Below are positions 49,201-62,200 of a stretch of 64,000 bases of DNA, piece by piece; the stretch's first letter is position 1, and each line of letters begins with the position of its first letter. The position numbers were made by a program, and so were the translations under genes. This DNA comes from Macrostomum lignano (Eukaryota): assembly GCA_002269645.1 (NCBI GenBank), contig NIVC01002485.1:1-64000 (forward strand). The letters are read 5' to 3'. The notes beneath the pieces were generated by a model, which worked only from the letters and a program-made list of their open reading frames with translations, did not search any database and had not been told where the DNA came from.

Positions 49201-52200
49201 TTTTACTAATTAGTTATTAAACTAATTAGCACCTATCTAATTTTGTAAGTAAGTAATGAATCATCATCCTGAGACTGAATTCTCTGAGTCTGCATCTTCT
49301 GTTTTAGCACTATTTTTTGTACTGAGAACCTCGGATAGACCCCGAAGAGGCAATGTCATCAATTAGCGGGTGTTATTAGCGACAGCTAATTTGTCAGCGT
49401 AACTGGGCATGTGCTTTGTTTGCCCTTAGGCAGTCGCAAGATAATTAGATACGGAGAACTTTTCTCTTGTGCTCCTTGGCTGTTTAGAGTGCCTGGCAAT
49501 ACTACCTTTATCGAAGGCATCCTACTGTTATTGAAGGCATCCTACTGTTATTGAAGGCATCCTACTGTTATTGAAGGCATCCTACTGTTATTGAAGGCAT
49601 CCTACTGTTATTGAAGGCATCCTACTGTTATTGAAGGCATCCTACTGTTATTGAAGGCATCCTACTGTTATTGAAGGCATTCTACTCTGTTATTGAAGGC
49701 ATCCTACTGTTATTGAAGGCATCCTACTGTTATTGAAGGCATTCTACTGTTATTGAAGGCATCCTACTGTTATTGAAGGCATTCTACTGTTATTGAAGGC
49801 ATCCTACTGTTATTGAAGGCATTCTACTGTTATTGAAGGCATCCTGCTGTTATTGAAGCCATCCTACTGTTATTGAAGCCATCCTACTGTTATTGAAGGC
49901 ATTCTACTGTTATTGAAGGCATCCTACTGTTATTGAAGGCATCCTACTGTTATTGAAGGCATCCTACTGTTATTGAAGGCATCCTACTGTTATTGAAGGC
50001 ATCCTACTGTTATTGAAGGCATTCTACTCTGTTATTGAAGGCATCCTACTGTTATTGAAGGCATCCTACTGTTATTGAAGGCATTCTACTGTTATTGAAG
50101 GCATCCTACTGTTATTGAAGGCATTCTACTGTTATTGAAGGCATCCTACTGTTATTGAAGGCATTCTACTGTTATTGAAGGCATCCTACTGTTATTGAAG
50201 GCATCCTACTGTTATTGAAGGCATCCTACTGTTATTGAAGGCATCCTACTGTTATTGAAGGCATCCTACTGTTATTGAAGGCATTCTACTGTTATTGAAG
50301 GCATCCTACTGTTATTGAAGGCATCCTACTGTTATTGAAGGCATCCTACTGTTATTGAAGGCATCCTACTGTTATTGAAGGCATCCTACTGTTATTGAAG
50401 GCATTCTACTCTGTTATTGAAGGCATCCTACTGTTATTGAAGGCATCCTACTGTTATTGAAGGCATTCTACTGTTATTGAAGGCATCCTACTGTTATTGA
50501 AGGCATCCTACTGTTATTGAAGGCATCCTACTGTTATTGAAGGCATTCTACTGTTATTGAAGGCATCCTACTGTTATTGAAGGCATCCTACTGTTATTGA
50601 AGGCATCCTACTGTTATTGAAGGCATCCTACTGTTATTGAAGGCATCCTACTGTTATTGAAGGCATTCTACTGTTATTGAAGGCATTCTACTGTTATTGA
50701 AGGCATTCTACTGTTATTGAAGGCATTCTACTGTTATTGAAGGCATTCTACTGTTATTGAAGGCATCCTACTGTTATTGAAGGCATCCTACTGTTATTGA
50801 AGGCATCCTACTGTTATTGAAGGCATCCTACTGTTATTGAAGGCATCCTACTGTTATTGAAGGCATCCTACTGTTATTGAAGGCATCCTACTGTTATTGA
50901 AGGCATCCTACTGTTATTGAAGGCATTCTACTCTGTTATTGAAGGCATCCTACTGTTATTGAAGGCATCCTACTGTTATTGAAGGCATCCTACTGTTATT
51001 GAAGGCATTCTACTCTGTTATTGAAGGCATCCTGCTGTTATTGAAGGCATTCTACTCTGTTATTGAAGGCATTCTACTGTTATTGAAGGCATCCTACTGT
51101 TATTGAAGGCATTCTACTCTGTTATTGAAGGCATCCTACTGTTATTGAAGGCATCCTACTGTTATTGAAGGCATCCTACTGTTATTGAAGGCATTCTACT
51201 GTTATTGAAGGCATCCTACTCTGTTATTGAAGGCATCCTACTGTTATTGAAGGCATTCTACTGTTATTGAAGGCATCCTACTGTTATTGAAGGCATCCTA
51301 CTGTTATTGAAGGCATTCTACTGTTATTGAAGGCATCCTACTCTGTTATTGAAGGCATCCTACTGTTATTGAAGGCATCCTACTCTGTTATTGAAGGCAT
51401 CCTGCTGTTATTGAAGGCATCCTACTGTTATTGAAGGCATCCTACTGTTATTGAAGGCATTCTACTCTGTTATTGAAGGCATTCTACTGTTATTGAAGGC
51501 ATCCTACTGTTATTGAAGGCATCCTACTGTTATTGAAGGCATCCTACTGTTATTGAAGGCATCCTACTGTTATTGAAGGCATTCTACTCTGTTATTGAAG
51601 GCATCCTACTGTTATTGAAGGCATTCTACTGTTATTGAAGGCATCCTACTGTTATTGAAGGCATCCTACTGTTATTGAAGGCATTCTACTGTTATTGAAG
51701 GCATTCTACTCTGTTATTGAAGGCATCCTACTGTTATTGAAGGCATCCTACTGTTATTGAAGGCATCCTACTGTTATTGAAGGCATCCTACTGTTATTGA
51801 AGGCATCCTACTGTTATTGAAGGTATCCTACTGTTATTGAAGGCATCCTACTGTTATTGAAGGCATCCTACTGTTATTGAAGGTATCCTACTGTTATTGA
51901 AGGCATCCTACTGTTATTGAAGGCATCCTACTGTTATTGAAGGCATCCTACTGTTATTGAAGGCATTCTACTCTGTTATTGAAGGTATCCTACTGTTATT
52001 GAAGGCATCCTACTGTTATTGAAGGCATCCTACTGTTATTGAAGGCATCCTACTGTTATTGAAGGCATCCTACTGTTATTGAAGGCATCCTACTGTTATT
52101 GAAGGCATCCTACTTTTATTGAAGGCATCCTACTGTTATCGAAGGCATCCTACTGTTATTGAAGGCATCCTACTGTTATTGAAGGCATCCTACTGTTATT

Positions 52201-55200
52201 GAAGGCATCCTACTGTTATTGAAGGCATCCTACTGTTATTGAAGGCATCCTACTGTTATTGAAGGCATCCTACTGTTATTGAAGGCATCCTACTGTTATT
52301 GAAGGCATCCTACTGTTATTGAAGGCATCCTACTGTTATTGAAGGCATTCTACTCTGTTATTGAAGGCATCCTACTGTTATTGAAGGCATCCTACTGTTA
52401 TTGAAGGCATCCTACTGTTATTGAAGGCATTCTACTCTGTTATTGAAGGCATCCTGCTGTTATTGAAGGCATTCTACTCTGTTATTGAAGGCATTCTACT
52501 GTTATTGAAGGCATCCTACTGTTATTGAAGGCATTCTACTCTGTTATTGAAGGCATCCTACTGTTATTGAAGGCATCCTACTGTTATTGAAGGCATCCTA
52601 CTGTTATTGAAGGCATTCTACTGTTATTGAAGGCATCCTACTCTGTTATTGAAGGCATCCTACTGTTATTGAAGGCATCCTACTCTGTTATTGAAGGCAT
52701 CCTGCTGTTATTGAAGGCATCCTACTGTTATTGAAGGCATCCTACTGTTATTGAAGGCATTCTACTCTGTTATTGAAGGCATCCTACTGTTATTGAAGGC
52801 ATCCTACTGTTATTGAAGGCATTCTACTGTTATTGAAGGCATTCTACTCTGTTATTGAAGGCATCCTACTGTTATTGAAGGCATCCTACTGTTATTGAAG
52901 GCATCCTACTGTTATTGAAGGCATCCTACTGTTATTGAAGGCATCCTACTGTTATTGAAGGTATCCTACTGTTATTGAAGGCATCCTACTGTTATTGAAG
53001 GCATCCTACTGTTATTGAAGGTATCCTACTGTTATTGAAGGCATCCTACTGTTATTGAAGGCATCCTACTGTTATTGAAGGCATCCTACTGTTATTGAAG
53101 GCATTCTACTCTGTTATTGAAGGTATCCTACTGTTATTGAAGGCATCCTACTGTTATTGAAGGCATCCTACTGTTATTGAAGGCATCCTACTGTTATTGA
53201 AGGCATCCTACTGTTATTGAAGGCATCCTACTGTTATTGAAGGCATCCTACTGTTATTGAAGGCATCCTACTTTTATTGAAGGCATCCTACTGTTATCGA
53301 AGGCATCCTACTGTTATTGAAGGCATCCTACTGTTATTGAAGGCATCCTACTGTTATTGAAGGCATCCTACTGTTATTGAAGGCATCCTACTGTTATTGA
53401 AGGCATCCTACTGTTATTAAAGGCATTCTACTGTTATTGCACACCTGCTCACCCCACAGAGTGGGTCTGCCGTACTTCTGGTCTGTTCTATACTTTTTCT
53501 TTGTATTCTTCTGTAGGCTAGACAGCCACTTTTCCAGACCGTCTTCATGCTCCACGGTAATCTCGGTACCTTGCTAACGAAAACATAATTCGTTAAATAA
53601 TCATGATCTTTCGAGAGTCCCGGGTCTCTCGAATCTCAGAAGTTGTTAGTCCAGCATTAGTCTAAAGAAAAGTACTTGCAAAAAATCTCTTATAATTAGA
53701 TTCGTCCAGTTTTCGGCTTTCAATTCTGTTCATTAAGTAGAAATTTGCTAATTTATATGCAAGTTTTTTTCTGTTACTGAAACAAGTTTGTGGAATGATT
53801 GATTATGCTTATTCGCACACGAACTTGTCGACATAATGAAAGAATAGTAAACTATACTTCATCTTGTGCCTTTATAATTAACGCTCAGGGGTCACACCGT
53901 GTGTTTGAGTATTCAGTTCGTAAAGGACTAAATGATTCAGTGTTTTAAGTCAATAAACTAATGCGCTAACTACCTCATAAGCCTTCATTACAATAACATC
54001 TGCTCCCAAATTTCGTTCTCGAATCTTTCGAGAATTATTTCGAGTTAAGCGCATTAATTGTTTATAGTTCTTGTATTTCCTGTTTATCTTGTCTTTCGCT
54101 TAAGTAGACTTACCGCCTACTTGCCTTAATAGAAGGAATACCAAGTAGGATTTCCGCCCGTCGAAGTACCATCGGGGGAATCCCCTCGACAGACAATTTT
54201 GTTTGCTGCGCCAGAACGGAGCAAAGCAAGCACACGAAATTCAAGAACACGCTCCATAGTCACCTGGTGCCACCTGTTGAGGGTCCAGAAACTCCGCTTG
54301 GGTGAATGCAAGTGACCAACGAAGTCCTTTGGTCAATGTTGAGATACGTTTGGTCGATGTGCTGATAAAATTTCGAGGCTTTACAAAGCCGCACTGAGAC
54401 GCAGTGCTGATTGGCGAACAGAGGTGTACTGAATTACACTAGCGCTTGTGGAAAAAATCCGGACCTGGCAGAATCGTTGACTCTATCTCTGAAACAAGTC
54501 TACAGTTTTTTTAAGCACGAGTAAGCTTACAAGCCGATGTTTATATATTATGATAAAAATAAACGCATGACAAATTCATCAGCGCTATGGGTCTTATAAC
54601 AACGTACATACATGTACAGCACTACATATTTAATAATACGATGGGTTTAAAATAATTTCACACTCTAAGAACAGAAGAAAAGGTCACCGCGCTCAATCAA
54701 AGATTTGGTCAGTAAAGTCAAAAGAATAGTACATCGAGCAATCAGTGTACACTCGCTGAGTTGCACGATACGACAATCTCGACGGTCCGGATGGCTTGCG
54801 ACTTTATTATTGTTTGAAAGGTGCGCAACAAAAAGCTAGCGTTGTTCCGTTCCATCGCAGTAAAAACTGGGGGGATTCCCACCCCTTGGTATACTTCTAC
54901 TGTCAATGTAGTATTGGTTTTTCCATGATACAAGCTAGTTTTTGACTCAGAAATTCGAATGAAAGACAATCAAGCCTGGAATCGGGCAAGCCTGATCAAC
55001 TTCGCGGCCATAAATGGCAAGTTTGGATGTCCAACTGCAGGCTTGCTTGTTCTCAGTCAAAAATTTGCGTGTTGTCTATGGCCCAACCCATACGAGCGTA
55101 TTTGTTCTATAGGCTTTTAACTTTGCATGTCCGTTTACTTAGCATGTAACTTAGCATTACGAAACCGAATGTAATCCACTTTGCCTGTGCGCCTCGTCTA

Positions 55201-58200
55201 TTCCCCCAGTGTTAAATGAGCGGTGATAATCAGTAGCGTAACTCTGCTACCATAGACAAACCAACGAGATGGATAGACATGGATAGCGGAGATAACCCAT
55301 TATCTCCACCGGAGTCGCACATGCCGTGGATTACATACAAAGAATCGCCTGATACTAGGAGATGAGCCATAGACCGAAACGAAAGATGAACCATGAGCCA
55401 TAGACTGAGCCTTACCAATAAAATAGTCTCTGCCTCTTTGGCACATTTTTTTGCTTGACCATCGCTAAATTCTCAACGTCTTTAAACTAGAAGCATTATC
55501 TTAAGAGCAATCAATGCGACCCTCTCACTGTCCTGTGAAGCTGGTTAGCATCCTACCGATTGTCGACCTCTTTCCGTTCGTCTTCTTTCGGTGTTTTTGC
55601 GGACACTCGAGTTAGTCTGCACTCTATTTCAATGTCTTTACCGAATAATCGGATTTGCCCCCTTTTTTCTCTTAGAGATTAGGAGATTTCTAACCTCATT
55701 TGAAGACAATCAATTTTTAATTTGAACAGCTTGAGTGCTAGCCGCCTAGTTTTACTAAAAATTCCTACTTTCTAGTTAGCCGATGATCTTTCTAACTAGG
55801 CGCTGCGTCTTCTGCACAGTTGTCAAATCCTTTGACAGTAGCAGATGTTTCCTAATTACATTTCTATCCTCCGGGCCTTGTTGCTTTTTTCTTGAGCCCT
55901 TAAAACATCATTGTGTTGGTACTGGCAGTGTTTTTACTCTACTTGGGAACGTCTACAGTCGACTAATGCCACTAAAAACTGACTTTGTTTAGTTAATAAC
56001 CAATAAGCATACAGTTTTGACTCGCGTTAGTGGCGTCCATTAGAACTTCACGTGACTCAGAAATGTCGAATAAGCACCTGCAAGAGTAACGTAACAATAA
56101 ATAAAGTTATGTTAAGCGATCTTTGTCATTAGTAAGCGCAGTACATGTAAGTGGGCTACAAGTATTTAACAACCGTGTCAACAGGTTTAAATCGAGAACT
56201 CCTGTCCAAAGTGGCTGCTTAACTTCTAACTTCTTCTATTCATTCTTAGGCTCAGGCGATTCCCTTGCTCTATCTTGGGTTTTGTCGTTAGCGCGCATTT
56301 TTATAGGGTCCAGTGGAAGTTAGAGTAAGATTGGTTTGAGTACAAAATCCAGAGTCCTCATTGAGCTATCAAATCACATTATCGATGTAAAAAGCGACGA
56401 AAATTGCAGCTTTCAGCTTTTGCTGCTGTCTGTCATTAGCTTGCGCGCTTATGCAGCCTTCCCAGCTATCTTCGATATGCGCGCTCAGACGCAATCCGGA
56501 AAGCAGTTTTCTGCTTGGAAAAATTAGGTTCAAGCTTTTATACCTCGAAGGCAGTAATTTAGCTTGCCACGCAAAACATATATACTTAATTGGAATTGAG
56601 TAGGTGGAATTCCTGTGTGTCCAATCTGAGGCCATCTGGTTTGTTTAGTTACCGAATTTATTTAAGAGTTTTATTTTCTATGCTGACGCATTTTCTGCAT
56701 AAATAACGAGGGAAAAATGCTGACTGCAGTGAGGGAGCAAACTTGTCCCCTAGGGTCATTAGCTGTGAATTGCCAACCGCATGTATGTATAATAAAACAA
56801 TTTCGTGCAAATCATCGAAAGCCGATCGAATACGTGAAATTTTGCTTGTATCCGTACGTATTCCGTCCTTAATGATGTCCACCGCCCAACCCTCTAGCTG
56901 GGCCTCAAATACGGCGTGCCAGTCCACGTTGACGCCTGCCTTGGCGGCTTTCTGTTGCCATTCATGGAACAGGCCGGTTTCCCGCTAGAGCCAGTCGACT
57001 TCCGCGTGCCTGGTGTGACCAGCATTTCTTGTGACACGCACAAGGTAAGGATAGAGAACCCTAATGTACACAGTGACCCACCTCATTCCGGAGGACAGAG
57101 ATCCAAATGTACACAGCGACCCACCTCACTCCCGAAGTCAGAGAATCCAAATGTACACAGCGACCCACCTCACTCCCGATGTCAGAGAATCCAAATGTAC
57201 ACAGCGACCCACCTCACTCCCGAAGTCAGAGAATCCAAATGTACATTGCGACCTACCTCACTCCCAAAGTCAGAGAATCCAAATATACACAGCGACCCAC
57301 CTCACTCCCGAAGTCAGAGAATCCAAATGTACACAGCGACCCACCTCACTCCCGATGTCAGAGAATCCAAATGTACACAGCGACCCACCTCACTCCCGAA
57401 GTCAGAGAATCCAAATGTACATTGCGAACCTACCTCACTCCCAAAGTCAGAGAATCCAAATATACACAGCGACCCACCTCACTCCCGAAGTCAGAGAATC
57501 CAAATGTACACAGCGACCCACCTCACTCCGGAGGACAGAATCCTACTCCACACAAAGTACACACGCCAATAAACATGTACGCTACATTTTTTAACCTTAA
57601 CCCCGCAGTACGCTTTCGCACCGAAAGGTTCCTCAGTGCTGTTGTACCGCAACGCCGAATATCGCAAGCAGCAATTTTTCTCCTATACCGGCTGGTGCGG
57701 CGGCTTCTACGCTTCACCAACAATGCCGGGTGGGTTGATAATTGGTATTATTATTTTCTAATTTCTTTAACTTTACTTGATAAACCCAGTTTTCTTTTAA
57801 ATACTGGACAGGCTCTCGTCCTGGCGCCGTGATCGCCGCCTGTTGGGCCACTCTGCTGCACTTCGGCCTTGAAGGCTACGTCGATGCCACAAAAAAGATT
57901 GTCGGAACTGCGCGCAAGATTAAAGCCGGGTGAGTCAGTCCATGATTCCTCAGTGCTCTCGTTCCCCTCTGCACCCCATGGATCCTCAGTGCTCTCATTC
58001 CCCTCTGCACCCCATGGATCCTCGGTGCTATCATTCCCCTCTGCACCCCATGGATCTTCGGTGCTCTCATTCCCCTCTGCACCCCATGGATCTTCGGTGC
58101 TCTCATTCCCCTCTGCACCCCATGGATCCTCGGTGCTCTCATTCCCCTCTGCACCCCATGGATCCTCGGTGCTCTCATTCCCCTCTGCACCCCACGGATC

Positions 58201-60273
58201 CTCAGTGCTCTCATTCCCCTCTGCACCCCACGGATCCTCAGTGCTCTCATTCCCCTCTGCACCCCACGGATCCTCAGTGCTCTCATTCCTCATACAGTTA
58301 ATGTTGCTAGAAGCTGAACGCACCCCACCCCCCCCCCCCATACACGGATCGGCAGAGTGCAGCAGATCGAGGGCGTGAAGCTGATGGGGGACCCGCAGAT
58401 GAGCGTCATCGGCATCGGCAGCGACCATTTCAGCGCCTACCGCCTGGCGGACGCGCTCAAAGAGAAAGGCTGGAGTCTCAACATGCTGCAGAAGCCGGCC
58501 AGGTGAGGGGAATAGAGAAATTCGATCGGGCATATGAACCGCAGTTGGGTAGGGTTCATAGAATTTTTCCTTAACTGCCAGCTGCAGGTAGTGCCGCCTT
58601 GTGGCATCTCGTGTTACCATTTTTCAAGTCGCCAGAGTACACAGCTTAGGGTCAATATTTGACTTTCCGTTTCTCCTTCGCTAGTACCCGACCTTCTGCC
58701 TGGGAATAGGACGGACTCTTCTAGCTATTTTGTTCAGTTCCATCTTTCATCTATCGAATAGAACTCTGGTCGATCCAGGGGAGGTCAAGAGGGTCGGTTG
58801 ACCCCCCCCCTCGACAAAATTACTCATAGGTCATGACCCCCGGAAAACAAAAAAATCTGTTTGTCTTTTCGTAGTTATATCGCTCAAAAATGTCTTTTTC
58901 TCGGAGCTTGAACTTGCTGACTGATCCCGAGGGGGGTCAAGGGGGTCGTTTGACCCCGGACAAAATTAAGGGGTCATGATCCTCTGAAAAAACAGAGTTT
59001 TCCGTTAGATTTTTTCATAGTTATATTGCTTAAAAGTGTCTCAAGCTTGCAGCTTGAACTCACTGGCGGATCTGAAGGGGGTCAGGGGAGGTCAGGTGAC
59101 CCCCCGTTAAAATCATGGATCCTGGTTAGCTTTTGTGTGGCTCGCTGTCGTGTCTTCAAAAAACGTATATCAATTTCTGCACCAAATATGGTATATAGAG
59201 GCTCGTACTTGACTCGCATTTTACACACGAATGCCTGCAATGATTAGAGTCTTTACCTGCTTTCATTACGGAATTTTTTCTATTCTATCCGCAGTTTCCA
59301 CATCTGCTGCACATATGTGCACACCCAGCCTGGCGTTGCCGAGCGGCTGATTGAGGATATCCACGAATCCGCCGCCGCGCTGCTCAAGGATCCCACCGCC
59401 AAGGACGTCGGGATGGTAAGCAGATTGGACACGTTTTCCTGTTCAGTTGAAACAATTTTGCAATAATAAGGGCAATAGCAACAGGGGGTAGCTACAGTCG
59501 GTGAGGGACACAGCAGGGGGTAGCTACAGTCGGTGAGGGACACAGCAGGGGTAGCTACAGTCGGTGAGGGACACAGCAGGGGTAGCTACAGTCGGTGAGG
59601 GACACAGCAGGGGTAGCTACAGTCGGTGAGGGACACAGCAGGGGGTAGCTACAGTCAGTGAGGGACACAGCAGGGGTAGCTACAGTCAGTGAGGGACACA
59701 GCAGGGGTAGCTACAGTCGGTGAGGGACACAGCAGGGGGTAGCTACAGTCGGTGAGGGACACAGCAGGGGTAGCTACAGTCGGTGAGGGACACAGCAGGG
59801 GTAGCTACAGTCGGTGAGGGACACAGCAGGGGTAGCTACAGTCGGTGAGGGACACAGCAGGGGTAGCTACAGTCGGTGAGGGACACAGCAGGGGTAGCTA
59901 CAGTCGGTGAGGGACACAGCAGGGGTAGCTACAGTCAGTGAGGGACACAGCAGGGGTAGCTACAGTCGGTGAGGGACACAGCAGGGGTAGCTACAGTCGG
60001 TGAGGGACACAGCAGGGGTAGCTACAGTCGGTGAGGGACACAGCAGGGGTAGCTACAGTCGGTGAGGGACACAGCAGGGGTAGCTACAGTCGGTGAGGGA
60101 CACAGCAGGGGTAGCTACAGTCAGTGAGGGACACAGCAGGGGGTATCATACAGAACACATCTGCCGCCTTCATCATGCAGGGAGCCATCTACGGCACAGC
60201 CCAGAAGATCCCGGATCCCACCATTGTTGACGACATCGCCATGGGATTCTTGGACGTCTGCCTAAGTGTGTAG
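40240..60273 (+). CDS. SGPL1: Sphingosine-1-phosphate lyase, 14 exons, 543 aa
   Basis: Exons 40240-40402, 41655-41836, 41924-42040, 42145-42273, 44825-44913, 47502-47538, 47716-47820, 47904-47966, 56898-57044, 57609-57729, 57812-57929, 58356-58502, 59295-59415, 60181-60273 total 1632 nt. Motifs [33 protein letters not shown]-lysine DTHKY, GSRPG; N-terminal TM segment. Confidence 0.96.
40447..41603. repeat. Minisatellite, 32 bp TAGCTGCTGAGTGTCACCTGGGATTCTATAAG, SGPL1 intron 1
   Basis: About 36 copies. Confidence 0.96.
42323..42730. repeat. Minisatellite, 64 bp (GATTGGACAGCGGCTCATGGGATGGGGTAGAAG...CCAGAACCTAT), SGPL1 intron 4
   Basis: About 6 copies. Confidence 0.92.
43300..44420. repeat. Minisatellite, 22 bp GGGTGTCTTTAGTATGG(GAGTT/CAGCT), SGPL1 intron 4
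   Basis: About 50 copies. Confidence 0.96.
45160..46065. repeat. Composite minisatellite, 21-bp CCCATAGAACCCATGAGAAT(G/CG) with a longer AGCTAATCGAATCA variant, SGPL1 intron 5
   Basis: Tandem copies of two interspersed unit types. Confidence 0.94.
46685..46910. repeat. Minisatellite, 26 bp TCCCACACTCACTGAACCTGCCTCTG, SGPL1 intron 5
   Basis: About 8.5 copies. Confidence 0.93.
48017..48651. repeat. Minisatellite, 21-23 bp CCACTGTGAATGCTGGTAGCG(CG), SGPL1 intron 8
   Basis: About 28 copies. Confidence 0.95.
49512..53440. repeat. Satellite, 20 bp GAAGGCAT(C/T)CTACTGTTATT, ~3.9 kb, SGPL1 intron 8
   Basis: About 190 copies with 22-bp insertion variants. Confidence 0.97.
57060..57540. repeat. Minisatellite, 44 bp CCAAATGTACACAGCGACCCACCTCACTCCCGAAGTCAGAGAAT, SGPL1 intron 9
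   Basis: About 11 copies. Confidence 0.95.
57944..58290. repeat. Minisatellite, 36 bp CCCCTCTGCACCCCATGGATCCTCGGTGCTCTCATT, SGPL1 intron 11
   Basis: About 9.5 copies. Confidence 0.95.
58761..59125. repeat. Degenerate ~148-bp tandem repeat (2.4 copies) with hAT-end-like CTGGCGGATC/GGGGGTCA motifs, SGPL1 intron 12
   Basis: GAACT..CTG..GATC..GGGG..GGTCAAG..TGACCCC recurs at 58761, 58910 and 59056. Confidence 0.6.
59480..60143. repeat. Minisatellite, 31 bp GCTACAGTCGGTGAGGGACACAGCAGGGGTA, SGPL1 intron 13
   Basis: About 21 copies. Confidence 0.95.
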
Positions 60274-61093
60274 CGCTGGCACAGCAGTAGGCATTGGCCA
60301 ATTAAATTTCCAATTGATTTTCTTCAGCGTTCTTTAACTGACGGTCTGTTATTCCATTAGTGTGTATTACATTATCGATTTTTATATCGATCCTGATTTC
60401 GTTCAGTTTTGTGGCACCTGTCTCTTTCCTTATATTAACTGTCTATCCGTTCTTGTTATAAGAGTTAAGAGTTAATTAGTTTTTCGCACTCAACTGAACT
60501 TCCGGTAGTTGTTTTAATTAGACTGAAAGCGATTTTACTTGCTGGCTGGCTGTACATGCCTGAATGCCTGACGTCAAGAACGTCTGTGCCGCTGTACGAG
60601 TCATCATCATCAGGTATCATCAGATTATATTCGAAGCCGTTAATAATTTGTTTTTCTACTGTTTAATTTTATAGTAGTAGCCTTTTTATTACTTAGCGTA
60701 TTGAACTAGCTATGGTAGCTCGTAGTACTTCGTGATCGATTTCTTTGCAATGACAGACCCTCGACTGCGCTGTGTTTTTTGATCATATACTTTTTATTTA
60801 TGCCAGTTTCATTTTCATACAGTGCGATTTCAATCCAGTGTTTTTTTCTCCGCTTTATTCATTCAATTAACAAAGCCGCGCAAATTGCCATGTATCGGAG
60901 ATTGAAACCCGCCTGTTGCTCGAGCGTTTTTCGACTGCACTGTTTCATGACACGGCAGTGGATGCCACCGAATGTCGCTCTCTCTTTATTTCTCTTTTTC
61001 ACTGGGTAGTTTTTCCTTGTACTTTTTTACCGCTAACAAGTTTATTTTATTTGTATTTTTCCCGATCTTATACTGCCGATCAAAGGGTTGCCG

Positions 61094-62200
61094 GGTAAAG
61101 CTGGTAGCTAATTTGCTGAATATCAAGGGTAAATCTGGTAGCTAATTTGGTGAATATCAAGGGTAAATCTGGTAGATAATCCGCTGAATATCTAGGGTAA
61201 ATCTGGTAGATAATCCGCTGAATATCAAGGGTAAATCTGGTTGATAATCCCCTGAATATCAAGGGTAAATCTGGTAGATAATCCGCTGAATATCAAGGGT
61301 AAAGCTGGTAGATAATCCGCTGAATATCAAGGGTAAATCTGGTAGATAATCCCCTGAATATCAAGGGTAAATCTGGTAGATAATCCCCTGAATATCAAGG
61401 GTAAATCTGGTAGATAATCCGCTGAATATCTAGGGTAAATCTGGTAGATAATCCGCTGAATTCCAAGGGTAAAGCTGGTAGATAATCCCCTGAATATCAA
61501 GGGTAAATCTGATAGATAATCCCCTGAATATCAAGGGTAAATCTGGTAGATAATCCCCTGAATATCAAGGGTAAATCTGGTAGATAATCCGCTGAATATC
61601 TAGGGTAAATCTGGTAGATAATCCGCTGAATATCAAGGGTAAATCTGGTAGATAATCCGCTGAATTCCAAGGGTAAAGCTGGTAGATAATCCCCTGAATA
61701 TCAAGGGTAAATCTGATAGATAATCCTCTGAATATCAAAGGTAAATCTGGTAGATAATCCGCTGAATATCAAGGGTAAAGCTGGTAGATAATCCGCTAAA
61801 TAACAAGGGTAAATCTGGTAGATAATCCGCTGAATATCAAGGGTAAATCTGGTAGATAATCCTCTGAATATCAAAGGTAAATCTGGTAGCTAATCCGCTG
61901 AATATCAAGGGTAAAACTGGTAGATAAGCCGCTGAATATCAAAGGTAAATCTGGTAGATAATCCGCTGAATATCAAAGGTAAATCTGGTAGCTAATCCGC
62001 TGAATATCAAGGGTAAAGCTGGTAGATAATCCCCTGAATATCAAGGGTAAATCTGGTAGATAATCCCCTGAATATCAAGGGTAAAGCTGGTAGATTAGCC
62101 GCTGAATATCAAGGGTAAAGCTGGTAGATAATCCGCTGAATATCAAGGGTAAAGCTGGTAGATAATCCGCTGAATATAAAGGGTAAGTTTGGTAGCTAAT
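61094..62200. repeat. Minisatellite, 34 bp GGGTAAATCTGGTAGATAATCCGCTGAATATCAA, between SGPL1 and the prohormone gene
   Basis: About 32 copies. Confidence 0.95.

Noticed and set aside
53450-56880. Complex non-repetitive segment in SGPL1 intron 8 as a nested gene or retroelement
   Set aside because: Only short ORFs with no motif I recognise and no TIR, LTR or TSD found; needs a Dfam or BLASTX search.
38-62200. Regular repeat arrays as CRISPR loci
   Set aside because: Units are head-to-tail with no unique spacers, there are no cas genes, and the context is spliceosomal introns.
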